A DNA stretch of 40,965 bases from a virus, in IMG/VR virus record IMGVR_UViG_3300045988_118480, positions 1 through 40,965 of that record; one strand, given 5' to 3'. Below are positions 31,041 through 39,746 of this stretch, in pieces; within the stretch, counting starts at the first letter, position 1, and every line of letters starts with the position of its first letter. Below the pieces are notes generated by a model. That model did no database searches, had not been told where the DNA came from, and saw only the letters and a list, made by a program, of their open reading frames with translations. A program made the position numbers and the translations under genes.

Positions 31041-32797
31041 TTAACTCTTCTCCTTTCGTTAGGCTTATAGGTGATAAACATACCTTCGCCAAACTCCCCA
31101 ACATACATTTTGCCTTGTTCGGTCACAAATAATGTGTCGTTTGGTGCCTGCACCGTGACGCCCAATGCATTAGCCAACTCTTCTGCAAAACAGTAATCGT
31201 CTCCGATACGTTTGCCCGTGCTGCAAGATATCAGCCGTATATTTTGCCCGTTCCACTCCTTACTATGGCGGATGATCGAGGCGAGCAACCTCGGCGACAT
31301 ATTGGCTTTTTTTGATCCAAACGCAACCGCAGTAGGTGAGCCGTGCATTGCCACATCGTAGTACGATTCAAGCGGCTTGACCTTTTTGACGTTTTCTGTC
31401 AGCGGGTCGCCATCCGGAAAGCAGGAAAAACCATTTTCTAACTTTATTGTACGTCTTTTTACGATGTCCGTCAAGTTGTCGCGGGTATCCGCGCCGAAAT
31501 AGCTCAGCGTATCCTCGTCGGCTTTGACTTCGAGGGCGACGCGCTCTTCCCTCTGACTTTTGATTTTTTCCGCTTCGGCGAGGCTCTTGTCATCGACATA
31601 ACTTACCTTGACGCGCTCCCGCTGTTCCGGCAGGCCTGCGGCCTTGCTGAATTCACGGTATTTTTTGTTGAGCCGTATCAGCCGGGCGTTTGCGGCCTTT
31701 TTGTCATCGGACAGACCGTAGGCCTCCAATGCCTTTTTGCGCCGCTTCTGTTTTCGGATTTCCCTTTCCAGGCGGCGCTGCATCTGCGTCGCCTCATAGG
31801 CCGAGTATGTGCGGCCGTCGTATGTGCAGCCGAGCTTGTCGTCTATATGGGCGAGCTGCTCATCGGTCCATGTCCGCTCCGAGACGCCCTCGACAAAGGG
31901 AAACCATGTGTGCCGGCAGTTGGCGCCCTCGATGCCCTGGACGTCGCCGATGCCGCAGCGCTCGGCAAAATCCGGGTAATCCCCTTTTGATGTCCCGGGG
32001 TATTTGAGGGTATACTCATGCCACCGGTACACCTTGCCTTGCCATGCCTTGTGATTTTCCCAGCCCTTGGGGCCGTCGATGTCTCGCGCGCCGGCATGGG
32101 CCTCGGTCTCCACCAGGTCGGTCTCGACATACTCCATTGATTGCTCGGCGTACCTCGAGTTGAGCTGTGCAACCCCCGTCATAACGGCACGGCGGGCAGC
32201 GACGTCGATCTGGTCGACATGCCCCGTCTCATAGCTGACCGTCTTTAGGCCGCTGTCGGCAAGCTGCTTGATGCTGTTGGTTATAGCCTGGTTATAGCTG
32301 ATGACCCCGCTGTCTACCTGCATCAGGGCATTGTCCAGCGCCCATTGATATGCTTCAGCCGGCGGCAACATCCTCCGGCCGTTGTCAACCAAAAAGCCCA
32401 TTGATGCTGTTATATTCCGGCAGGCATCGAGGGTCTGCCGCTTGATCGCGTTTATGGTCATCGCGTCGACAAGGATATCCGGCTGGGTGATCTGCGTGAG
32501 GTCGATCATGCCGGTATAGTATGTCTGATTGCGCTGGACCACATCGTCCAACAGCTGATCCAGCTTTTGCTCGCTGATCTTTGACGTCTGCCGGATAGCC
32601 TTTTTGATCTCGTCGAGGGGGATACCCTGGGCACGCAGCGCCCGGATGGCCTGCACCGTGACCTCGTTGAGCTGGTCCTTGATGGCAAGGCGGCTGCATA
32701 TCTCGACAAGCAGCTGATCCTCGAGCGCACGGTACAGATCCGCAAGTTCCTCCGGCATGGCGTCGAGGATGGCGGGGGAAAAGGGGTATCTTGCCAA
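31037..32797 (-). CDS. Head morphogenesis protein (minor capsid protein 2 / SPP1 gp7 / MuF group) fused to an unrelated C-terminal domain of about 156 aa (586 aa; TTG start)
   Basis: ETEAHAGARDIDGPKGWENHKAWQGKVYRW and its position after the portal identify the N-terminal part. The C-terminal extension reads YYDVAMHGSP...NIRLISCSTGKR...VTVQAPND. Confidence 0.85.
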   Translation of the reverse strand: MARYPFSPAILDAMPEELADLYRALEDQLLVEICSRLAIKDQLNEVTVQAIRALRAQGIPLDEIKKAIRQTSKISEQKLDQLLDDVVQRNQTYYTGMIDLTQITQPDILVDAMTINAIKRQTLDACRNITASMGFLVDNGRRMLPPAEAYQWALDNALMQVDSGVISYNQAITNSIKQLADSGLKTVSYETGHVDQIDVAARRAVMTGVAQLNSRYAEQSMEYVETDLVETEAHAGARDIDGPKGWENHKAWQGKVYRWHEYTLKYPGTSKGDYPDFAERCGIGDVQGIEGANCRHTWFPFVEGVSERTWTDEQLAHIDDKLGCTYDGRTYSAYEATQMQRRLEREIRKQKRRKKALEAYGLSDDKKAANARLIRLNKKYREFSKAAGLPEQRERVKVSYVDDKSLAEAEKIKSQREERVALEVKADEDTLSYFGADTRDNLTDIVKRRTIKLENGFSCFPDGDPLTENVKKVKPLESYYDVAMHGSPTAVAFGSKKANMSPRLLASIIRHSKEWNGQNIRLISCSTGKRIGDDYCFAEELANALGVTVQAPNDTLFVTEQGKMYVGEFGEGMFITYKPNERRRVK

Positions 32798-32812
32798 CCT
32801 TGCACCCTCCCG

Positions 32813-34243
32813 TTACTCTAACTCGTTTTGATCCTCTGTCGTCATGTCCTGCATCTTCGGCAGGGCCGCTTTGGCCGTCTCCTCATCCTCATTTAGCCAT
32901 TTTGCCCTAAACTCCCAATCGTTGAGGATGCCTGCGGACAGCAGCTGCATGTCGCGGCTAAAGTCCTGGCTCTTATCCTCAATGATGCTATCGTCAAAAT
33001 CTATAGATATCTCGACATCCTCGTCGAGGCCCAGCCCCATTGCTGTATTGCCGAGACGGAGGATGATGCGGCACAGCTCATCAAGTGCCTGTTCCAGGAC
33101 GATCTCATGCTTTTTGATCGTCCTAAACATCGTACTGTTTTCCGACACGATCTGTGTCGCGGTCGCCACGCTGCCGCCGTCAAAGCGATAGTATGTCTCG
33201 CCGAGCCCGCACTTGCTCGACAGGATGTTGAGCTGATCCTGTATGCCGCGGTTATGCTCGGCTGTCCTTAGGGTCATGTCTATCGGCGTGATGGCGGCGC
33301 CGTCGCTCACATCCTCCGGGAGCACGTAAAATACAACGTCGGCCGGGTCAAATGCCGGCTCTCCGTCGAGGTATGTGCTGGCTGCCGGCTTGACCATTAT
33401 GCGCTTTTTGCCGAGCACAAACTCGTTGACATAACTGTCATAGGCGATATCGACGCCTTGCAGCACATCTATGGCATTGGCGTATACCGATATTCCCACC
33501 GGCAACAGGTAATTGTAGTTGTTGGCCAGATTTGGCCGATCAATGACAAATTGCCGCTTCGTGCTGCCGGTATGCACTACCGGCGGGATCCTCTCAAATC
33601 CCTCGACATTGGTCAGCAGCTCATCGGCCAACAGCTCATTATCGTACCGGTATATCCGGTTATCTATGGCATAATTGCCGTTGTCCTCCTTGTGATGTAT
33701 CTGGAGGTACATGTATGTATGCCCGCCGCGGACAAAGACGCTGGCAAAGGCGCACTCGGATATGTATCCGTTTTGCCACGACAGGGGATAGATGTTGTCA
33801 ATGGTCACATAGTCCAGCACGATGCCCTCGGCATTGCCGGGGACGATGCTGCCGTCCTCGCTGATCTCCTGGCCAACGACGCGGGGGATATATGCCACCG
33901 TGCCCAGCGCGGATTTGAGCTCCTGCATCTCGTTGGCCTTGACCTCAAAGTTATTTTCCTTCAGGACGCGGTCGACAAACGCTTGTTCGCGCTCGCCCTC
34001 GAGGGTGATCTTGACCTTTTCGGTCAACAGCAAATTGGCCCAATCCTCGCACAGCTTTTTGGCCATGCCGAGGGAATATCTCTTGCAGTTGATGATATGC
34101 TCGCCGTTGCGGACGCGGTAGCGATGGAAACCCTTGACGTCCCCCTGATACCACATCCGCCACTCGTTGACCTTGCCATAAAAGGCCTCGGGGATGGTCG
34201 TATATCCCAGCTCATTAAGTTTGACAATTACTGCGTTGCTCAT
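32813..34243 (-). CDS. Portal protein (SPP1 gp6-like; 476 aa)
   Basis: Size, position after TerL, and a typical N-terminal pattern (WRMWYQGDVKGFHRY). Confidence 0.9.
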   Translation of the reverse strand: MSNAVIVKLNELGYTTIPEAFYGKVNEWRMWYQGDVKGFHRYRVRNGEHIINCKRYSLGMAKKLCEDWANLLLTEKVKITLEGEREQAFVDRVLKENNFEVKANEMQELKSALGTVAYIPRVVGQEISEDGSIVPGNAEGIVLDYVTIDNIYPLSWQNGYISECAFASVFVRGGHTYMYLQIHHKEDNGNYAIDNRIYRYDNELLADELLTNVEGFERIPPVVHTGSTKRQFVIDRPNLANNYNYLLPVGISVYANAIDVLQGVDIAYDSYVNEFVLGKKRIMVKPAASTYLDGEPAFDPADVVFYVLPEDVSDGAAITPIDMTLRTAEHNRGIQDQLNILSSKCGLGETYYRFDGGSVATATQIVSENSTMFRTIKKHEIVLEQALDELCRIILRLGNTAMGLGLDEDVEISIDFDDSIIEDKSQDFSRDMQLLSAGILNDWEFRAKWLNEDEETAKAALPKMQDMTTEDQNELE

Positions 34244-34251
34244 ATCTCTCC

Positions 34252-35490
34252 TTAGGCTGTGACGCCCATCCGGCGCATTACCGGCTCTAAGGCGTATCGT
34301 GTGGCGTCGATGGTGTGGTTTTTGGCGTCGGGATATCCGCTGATTATCTCGCCGTCCTTGTTGCGCTCGTACTCGTAGTGGACAAACTCATCATATGCGT
34401 GCGGCGTCCGGCGCCGGTCGATTACGATCTTGCGGCGTTGCAGCCACTTCATGCCGTAATCGACGCTGCCCGGGCCTTTGACCGCTTCGCGCGCCGGCAA
34501 TCCCGCGGCCCGGAAGTCAGCTGCACTCTTAGGCTCTGCGCTGTCGCAGATGATATATGCGTCGGTATATCCGCGATCCTTAATCATCTTGGCGCTGGCC
34601 TCGTTGGTTAGCTTATTGCGGCACAGCTCATCGATAAAATATATCGTCTCTCTTGCCCGGTCATAGTGCAGCCGGACAAAGGCAAAGGGGTCGGGATACC
34701 AGCCCCAGTCGACGCCCTGGTATATGCGGTCAAAGCCCGCGATCTCCTCATCGGTGATCTCGCGCAGCTCGAGGTTGTCAAAGACATTGCCGCCCGTGCC
34801 TACCGCCATGCCGAGATACTCATGCTGATATGCACGCTCGTTCTCGGCCTTAAGTTGGACCGCCTCGATCAAAAATCTTTCGCCCAGCCATGCGGCCGGG
34901 GCTTGAAGGTATGTTGTTTTGAGGCGCATGCGGTCGGGCCGCTCGACCTCGCTGTCTATATTTGCCCAGTTATCGCGGCTTATGGGCGGGTTATAGCTCT
35001 CAAAGTTCCAAAAACGCTCCCCGCCGCGCATGGTCGATTGCAATATGTTGCGGATCTCCGGCCGCCCGGAAAACTGATCCTTTTCCTCAAAATGGGTTAT
35101 TGCAATATATCCAAATGGTACTTTTATAGATTTTATTTTCATGGGGTCGTCCGCGCCCCGGAACATGATCTTTTGGCCTGTCGGCTTATATATCAGCTCC
35201 ATTGGCGAGACTTTGGCCGTCCAATAGGCGGCCATACCCAGTTGGTCTATTGCCCAGATATACTGTGCGTACACGCTGTCTCGGAGGGTATTGCCGACCT
35301 TACGGAGCACCAGTGCATGTGTGCCCGGGTTGCTGACGATAAGCAGCGCGACCATGATCGAGACATACGACGATTTGAGCGAGCCGCGGCCGCCGCTAAG
35401 GTCATAATGCGTATGGCCGTGCCGGAGCACGTCTCGGGTGATATCCATATACGCCGGTCCGATGATCTCAGACAGCCGGACCTCAGACAT
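34252..35490 (-). CDS. terL: Terminase large subunit (PBSX/Terminase_3-like; 412 aa)
   Basis: Walker A GGRGSLKS. ATG 35490 overlaps the end of terS by 8 nt. Confidence 0.92.
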   Translation of the reverse strand: MSEVRLSEIIGPAYMDITRDVLRHGHTHYDLSGGRGSLKSSYVSIMVALLIVSNPGTHALVLRKVGNTLRDSVYAQYIWAIDQLGMAAYWTAKVSPMELIYKPTGQKIMFRGADDPMKIKSIKVPFGYIAITHFEEKDQFSGRPEIRNILQSTMRGGERFWNFESYNPPISRDNWANIDSEVERPDRMRLKTTYLQAPAAWLGERFLIEAVQLKAENERAYQHEYLGMAVGTGGNVFDNLELREITDEEIAGFDRIYQGVDWGWYPDPFAFVRLHYDRARETIYFIDELCRNKLTNEASAKMIKDRGYTDAYIICDSAEPKSAADFRAAGLPAREAVKGPGSVDYGMKWLQRRKIVIDRRRTPHAYDEFVHYEYERNKDGEIISGYPDAKNHTIDATRYALEPVMRRMGVTA

Positions 35491-35815
35491 CAATTATCAC
35501 CTTGACGCTGTCGGATGTGTGATTGTCCTCTTCCGTATCCTTTTGCCCGAGATATTGTTTGCCCAGCCAAATAGCCATTGTTGCGCTCTTCTCGGCGAGC
35601 CGCCATTGCATTCTGCGCAGTGACACTTTGCCCCGGCCTCTTTTTGCGCGGAAAACCTCGGAGAAATGCTTGCCATATGTGCGCTTGCACCATGCGTTAA
35701 GCGTTTTGTCTGTTACATCGAGCGCATCGCATATCTCAAGCATTGTACATTGCAGGCCGCACAAGGTCTCAAACTGCTTTTGGTCTATCTCTTTGCGTGG
35801 TCTTGCCATGCGCAT
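35483..35815 (-). CDS. terS: Terminase small subunit (about 108-110 aa)
   Basis: MARPRKEIDQKQFETLCGLQCTMLEICDALDVTDKTLNAWCKR...SLRRMQWRLAEKSATMAIWLGKQYLGQ. Confidence 0.85.
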   Translation of the reverse strand: MRMARPRKEIDQKQFETLCGLQCTMLEICDALDVTDKTLNAWCKRTYGKHFSEVFRAKRGRGKVSLRRMQWRLAEKSATMAIWLGKQYLGQKDTEEDNHTSDSVKVIIDV

Positions 35816-35857
35816 CTTCCTTCCTTTGCGCTTCCTTCAGGGGTTAAAACGCCCTCG

Positions 35858-37016
35858 CTACTGTTTGATGATTACTGCCTTTTCTCCTGTTAGTTTTTCC
35901 CACCGGCGGACAATTACGTCGCAATACTTAGGGTCGAGCTCCATGACATACGCTTTCCGGCCGTTTTGCTCGCAGGCTATAACCGTGGTTCCGCTCCCGC
36001 CAAACAGATCGAGGACGACATCGCCGCCCTTTGTATTGTTTTTGATCTGATAGTCAATGAGCTTTACCGGCTTCATCGTCGGGTGCTCTTTATTTTTTGT
36101 CGGCCGGTCAAACTCAAGTACTGTTGTCTGCTTCCGGTCGGACGCCCATAGATGCCCGGCCCCGGCCTTCCATCCATACAGGCACAGCTCATGTCTCCAT
36201 TGGTAATCCTGCCGTCCAAGCACCATCGCATTTTTGACCCAGACAAGCACTTGCCTAACCTCCCATCCCACCTGCCGACACGCCTCCTCAAAGGCATATG
36301 CCTTTAAGGAGGCATGCCAAATATAATACACAGCGCCGGGCTTGAGCGCAGCGTCGGCAGCTGCAAAGGCGGCCCGGAGGAAACCTACAAACTCAGCGTC
36401 ATCTTTTGCGTCATTGGCGATTTTTAGCGCATCTTTGGTCTTGCCCGTGTAGTCGACCCCATATGGTGGGTCTGTAAGAAGGATATCTGCTTGTATCCCC
36501 CCCCATAAGCTCTTGTACGCACTCTATTGACGTACTATCTCCGCACATTAGGCGATGTCTCCCGAGTTGCCATATGTTGCCGACCTTGGTTATGGGAGGA
36601 TTTATCTCATCAACGTCTGGGGCTTCATCTTCTTCAACCTCTGGCTCTTCGGCCTCCGGCAGCCCCCAATCAAAGTCAAATCCCGTTAAGTCCAGATCGT
36701 CCAGTTCCAGGGCCAACAGGTCAATGTCCCATGGGCTCTCATTGGTCTTGTTATCTACCAGCCGCAGGGCTCTTACTTGCTCCGGCGTAAGGTCGTCCAC
36801 GCAAACGCAGGGGACCTCATCCATACCAAGCTGCTTTGCGGCCAGCGCGCGGCAATGGCCGATCACGATGACGCCGTCACAATCTATCACAATCGGCTGT
36901 ACAAAGCCGTATTGCTTGATACTCTCCGCGACATTGTCGATCTGCTTTTTGTCGTGTTTTTTTGCATTTTGCGTATATGGGATGATATCTTTTAACTTTT
37001 TTGTTGTGATCGTCAT
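35858..37016 (-). CDS. ParB-like domain / N6-N4 DNA methyltransferase fusion, interrupted by a frameshift at a G8 tract
   Basis: Upstream frame (36411..37016): a ParB-like N-terminus then LMCGDSTS. Reading the tract as G7 gives MGGIQADILLTDPPYGVDY..., continuous with the 35858..36331 frame (DLFGGSGTTVIACEQNGRKAYVMELD). Confidence 0.8.
36497..36504. repeat. C8/G8 homopolymer at the ParB-MTase frameshift point
   Basis: ttgtatCCCCCCCCataagc, counted directly. Confidence 0.9.
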
Positions 37017-37192
37017 GGATAGCCTCTCTTTTGCAGCCGCACCCACCCCTTGCTTACGCCGCAATCTCTCCCTGCATCTGCGGCCATATCCGTAGATGCA
37101 ATATGCCTATTACCATTCTGGCCGCTTCTGGCTGGAAAATCTATACAAAAATATTGTAAAAGTTATGTCGTGCTCTCCCTCAAAAATATTTT

Positions 37193-37236
37193 TGCCATTT
37201 TGGCATTTTGCTATTGAGTTTTGTGCCATTTTGGCA
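37193..37236. promoter_or_regulatory. Two copies of the 13-bp palindrome TGCCATTTTGGCA (37193..37205 and 37224..37236)
   Basis: Exact copies. The second fills the -35/-10 spacer and abuts the -10. The first lies just upstream of the -35. Confidence 0.7.
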
Positions 37237-37242
37237 TATAAT
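37214..37242 (+). promoter_or_regulatory. Promoter (TTGAGT, 17-nt spacer, TATAAT) of the plus-strand three-gene operon
   Basis: -35 at 37214..37219 and -10 at 37237..37242, about 50 nt upstream of ATG 37293. Confidence 0.7.
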
Positions 37243-37292
37243 ATAGTCACAGGATAAAACAAAGCAAAACAAACACACAGGAGGACAAAATC

Positions 37293-37640
37293 ATGTTAAT
37301 CAAATCTACAACCAACGGAAAGCTCTACAACATCAGGCTCGCAGAAATAGACGCCAAACTCGGCACTCGCGTCACTGACATTCTCGAAGAGTTAGATGAC
37401 AACTTTGTTGCCGATCACGCGGTCGACGGGGCCACTAATGCTTACCTTGCATCGCAAGAAGAAATCGATTCGATGATTTCTTTTTGGCGTAGCGAGGCTG
37501 CGGCTTGGGACCGTTGCGATTCAGAGTGCTACCTCGGCGATCCTGCGGACTTCTTTTCGGCCGATATTGTTGAGGATGCCCGCGAGAACGGCTCAACACT
37601 CCCCCTCTACTATGCTGTATTTGTGGACGAGATTGAGTAA
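37293..37640 (+). CDS. Small, strongly acidic hypothetical protein (115 aa)
   Basis: SD aggagg. By my count, about 25 Asp/Glu against about 8 Lys/Arg. Confidence 0.7.
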   Translation: MLIKSTTNGKLYNIRLAEIDAKLGTRVTDILEELDDNFVADHAVDGATNAYLASQEEIDSMISFWRSEAAAWDRCDSECYLGDPADFFSADIVEDARENGSTLPLYYAVFVDEIE

Positions 37641-37749
37641 CAGCAGTTTGCAAAAAGTGAAAGCCATACGACGGAGAAATCATCAAAGAGGATACGTGGT
37701 ACACCCTCCGCGATGGGCATGTCGTTGAGATTAATGAGGAGGATTATTA

Positions 37750-38148
37750 ATGCTTGTAAAAACATCTATACCCCAGGGTCCTATCACTCCATCACAATTT
37801 AGCTTTGCAGTCCGTGAGGCCGGTAATTATACCGATCGTGACGCCTATGTGTCTGACATTGCTCTGTCGGACATATGGGGCGCTGATGATCGCGACCAAA
37901 CTGCCGCTTCCCCCGACACTTCTGTTCTTCTTCCCCTTTTTTCCGATCTCTGGGACGTCATCCACATGCCTTTCCGCGACATTCGCCTGGCTCTCGGCAT
38001 GTCTTGCGCCGATTTTGCGGCGGCTTTTGCCATACCTCGCCGGACCCTATACCGGTGGGATCTCAATGAGACGCCATGCCCCCTCTACACCAAATTACTG
38101 CTTGCTCATGCTGCGGGGCTCTATGATTACCCCTGCATCAGGAGGTAA
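37750..38148 (+). CDS. Protein with a C-terminal XRE-type HTH (132 aa)
   Basis: FRDIRLALGMSCADFAAAFAIPRRTLYRWDLNETPCP. SD gaggagga. Confidence 0.7.
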   Translation: MLVKTSIPQGPITPSQFSFAVREAGNYTDRDAYVSDIALSDIWGADDRDQTAASPDTSVLLPLFSDLWDVIHMPFRDIRLALGMSCADFAAAFAIPRRTLYRWDLNETPCPLYTKLLLAHAAGLYDYPCIRR

Positions 38149-38153
38149 CGGCC

Positions 38154-39227
38154 ATGTCGCGTAAAAAACAGCCGGTCTATCCACCGATAGATTTTTTGAA
38201 AAAAATATCCGCGCGCTACCCTGGCATCTGGGATGAGATCGAGCAATTTCGAGCGCTCAACGGATCGTCGGCCAAACTCACCTGGGAGCCCTGGTGCTAT
38301 ATCCCGGCGATTGCCTCTTTGTCCATCCTTAGACAGCGTTTCCACCTCGACGGCGATTTGCATCAACTGCCCCGCGATCAGATAGAGGGCATCGCATCTG
38401 TGGCTTCCTATTTTTCCGCTTTGGCTCCGTGGCGTCAAAGCAAAGAGGTGTATGTCATGGATGAGGGCATGCAGGAGCTGCTTTTTGACCAGGCCGGGGA
38501 CTTGTCTCTTGACGCTGATATATTGCTGCGTTTGCCGTATCCCTGCTTTTACATCCAGTTTTCCCCGGCGGTAGTTTTTGCCGGTGAACAATATCATGGA
38601 GTATTTGTCCATCTCGATGACAATTTTGTCGAGCATCAGCAACAACTGACCTTGATATTTCTCCAGCCGGACGGCGAATCTACTATGATTGTCCCCGTCC
38701 ATCTCGAGGCTAAGACGATCTCCGAGAGTATGGCCATTACCGAGCGTCTCATCATGCGCACCCTGCCGGATAAGGCATCCGCCGTGGCACAACAGTTTGA
38801 GCTCCTTCGGCGCACGATGCAGCTTGTCTTGTATATATGCGCTCAAAACGCAGAGATAACCCCCAGTCCCGAGCAAGTCTCGCACACTAAGCGCTCTTCG
38901 GCCGGCGTGATCGTCGACCGATACGCCGAGATACGCAAGTGGGATGTGGGCATAAGGGTCGGCAACGCGGTACGCAATTACCGCAGACAGCAAGAGACCA
39001 CGCCCGTTGATGCTCTTGTCCGTACTCATGCTTCGCCCCGGCCGCACATGCGCCGCGGTCATTGGCATCATTTTTGGACCGGCCCTAAAAACAAGCCCGC
39101 CGAGCGTAAGCTGATCCTGCAATGGGTCGCACCTACCTTTGTGACTGCTTCCCACAAGGGCGACACTCCCGTCGTCCTGCACCGTGTGGACATGCCGGAC
39201 ACCGACGACCAGCCGCCCAAAGCGTGA
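38154..39227 (+). CDS. Hypothetical protein (357 aa) with a C-terminal basic His/Trp motif
   Basis: SD aggagg. C-terminus RPHMRRGHWHHFWTGPKNKPAERKLILQWVAPTFV. The family is not recognised. Confidence 0.7.
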   Translation: MSRKKQPVYPPIDFLKKISARYPGIWDEIEQFRALNGSSAKLTWEPWCYIPAIASLSILRQRFHLDGDLHQLPRDQIEGIASVASYFSALAPWRQSKEVYVMDEGMQELLFDQAGDLSLDADILLRLPYPCFYIQFSPAVVFAGEQYHGVFVHLDDNFVEHQQQLTLIFLQPDGESTMIVPVHLEAKTISESMAITERLIMRTLPDKASAVAQQFELLRRTMQLVLYICAQNAEITPSPEQVSHTKRSSAGVIVDRYAEIRKWDVGIRVGNAVRNYRRQQETTPVDALVRTHASPRPHMRRGHWHHFWTGPKNKPAERKLILQWVAPTFVTASHKGDTPVVLHRVDMPDTDDQPPKA

Positions 39228-39324
39228 GGCGTGCCGCTTCCGTTGTATGTGACAAAAGCCGGTATTTTTACCCCCAGAGAAAAAATTGAGTAGTGGAGTA
39301 CCCCTCAAAAAAAATCCATTTTTT

Positions 39325-39358
39325 AGCCCGGGCCGATTTGTTCAGCCCGGGCTTTTTT
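39325..39358 (+). terminator. Rho-independent terminator of the plus-strand operon
   Basis: agcccgggc-N11-gcccgggct followed by T6 A T8. Confidence 0.75.
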
Positions 39359-39746
39359 ATTTTTTTTCCAGATATGCCTTTATGACATGGGCCGCATCGT
39401 CCCAGCCCTTACATACGCATGCGCAATAGCCCTGATTTCTCAGGGCTGCTATCCACCATTGCTGTGCCGGGCTGACCCGGCCGCCTTTGACACGTTTGAG
39501 CTCTATGTACAGGCCATGATATCCGCCCCGCGCCACGGGGAGGCAGATATCAGGCACTCCCGCTTTGACCCCCTCGGCCCGGAAGCGCCCGGCCTCTGAC
39601 TTACTCCGGCTGCCGCCGTTGGGTATGTGATACATCAGGGCAAGCTCGGGCCATCGTCCGGCCGCCAGCGCCGCCCACTCAAACAGCAGCTGCTGCTCCT
39701 GGCTCTCGGTCAGATCTCCCACGGCCGCCCTTGTTATGCCGTCCAA
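39357..39746 (-). CDS. VRR-NUC domain nuclease (about 121-129 aa; TTG or GTG start)
   Basis: HIPNGGSRSKSEAGRFRAEGVKAGVPDICLPVARGGYHGLYIELK...SPAQQWWIAALRNQGY. The only upstream in-frame ATGs in the track ORF lie inside rep with no SD noted. SD aaggagg lies upstream of TTG 39746. Confidence 0.8.
   Translation of the reverse strand: MDGITRAAVGDLTESQEQQLLFEWAALAAGRWPELALMYHIPNGGSRSKSEAGRFRAEGVKAGVPDICLPVARGGYHGLYIELKRVKGGRVSPAQQWWIAALRNQGYCACVCKGWDDAAHVIKAYLEKK

Noticed and set aside
37661-37750. Coding-looking 29-codon frame (KPYDGEIIKEDTWYTLRDGHVVEINEEDY) whose stop overlaps the ATG of the HTH gene as TAATG
   Set aside because: It contains no ATG, GTG or TTG start after the preceding in-frame stop (37658..37660). 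It could be a decayed gene remnant, but it is not supportable as a CDS.
38127-39308. 393-aa minus-strand ORF covering the whole of 38154..39227
   Set aside because: The plus-strand gene has a strong SD, sits in an operon with its own promoter and terminator, and has a protein-like composition. The minus-strand product is Arg/Gly/Leu-rich with no SD.
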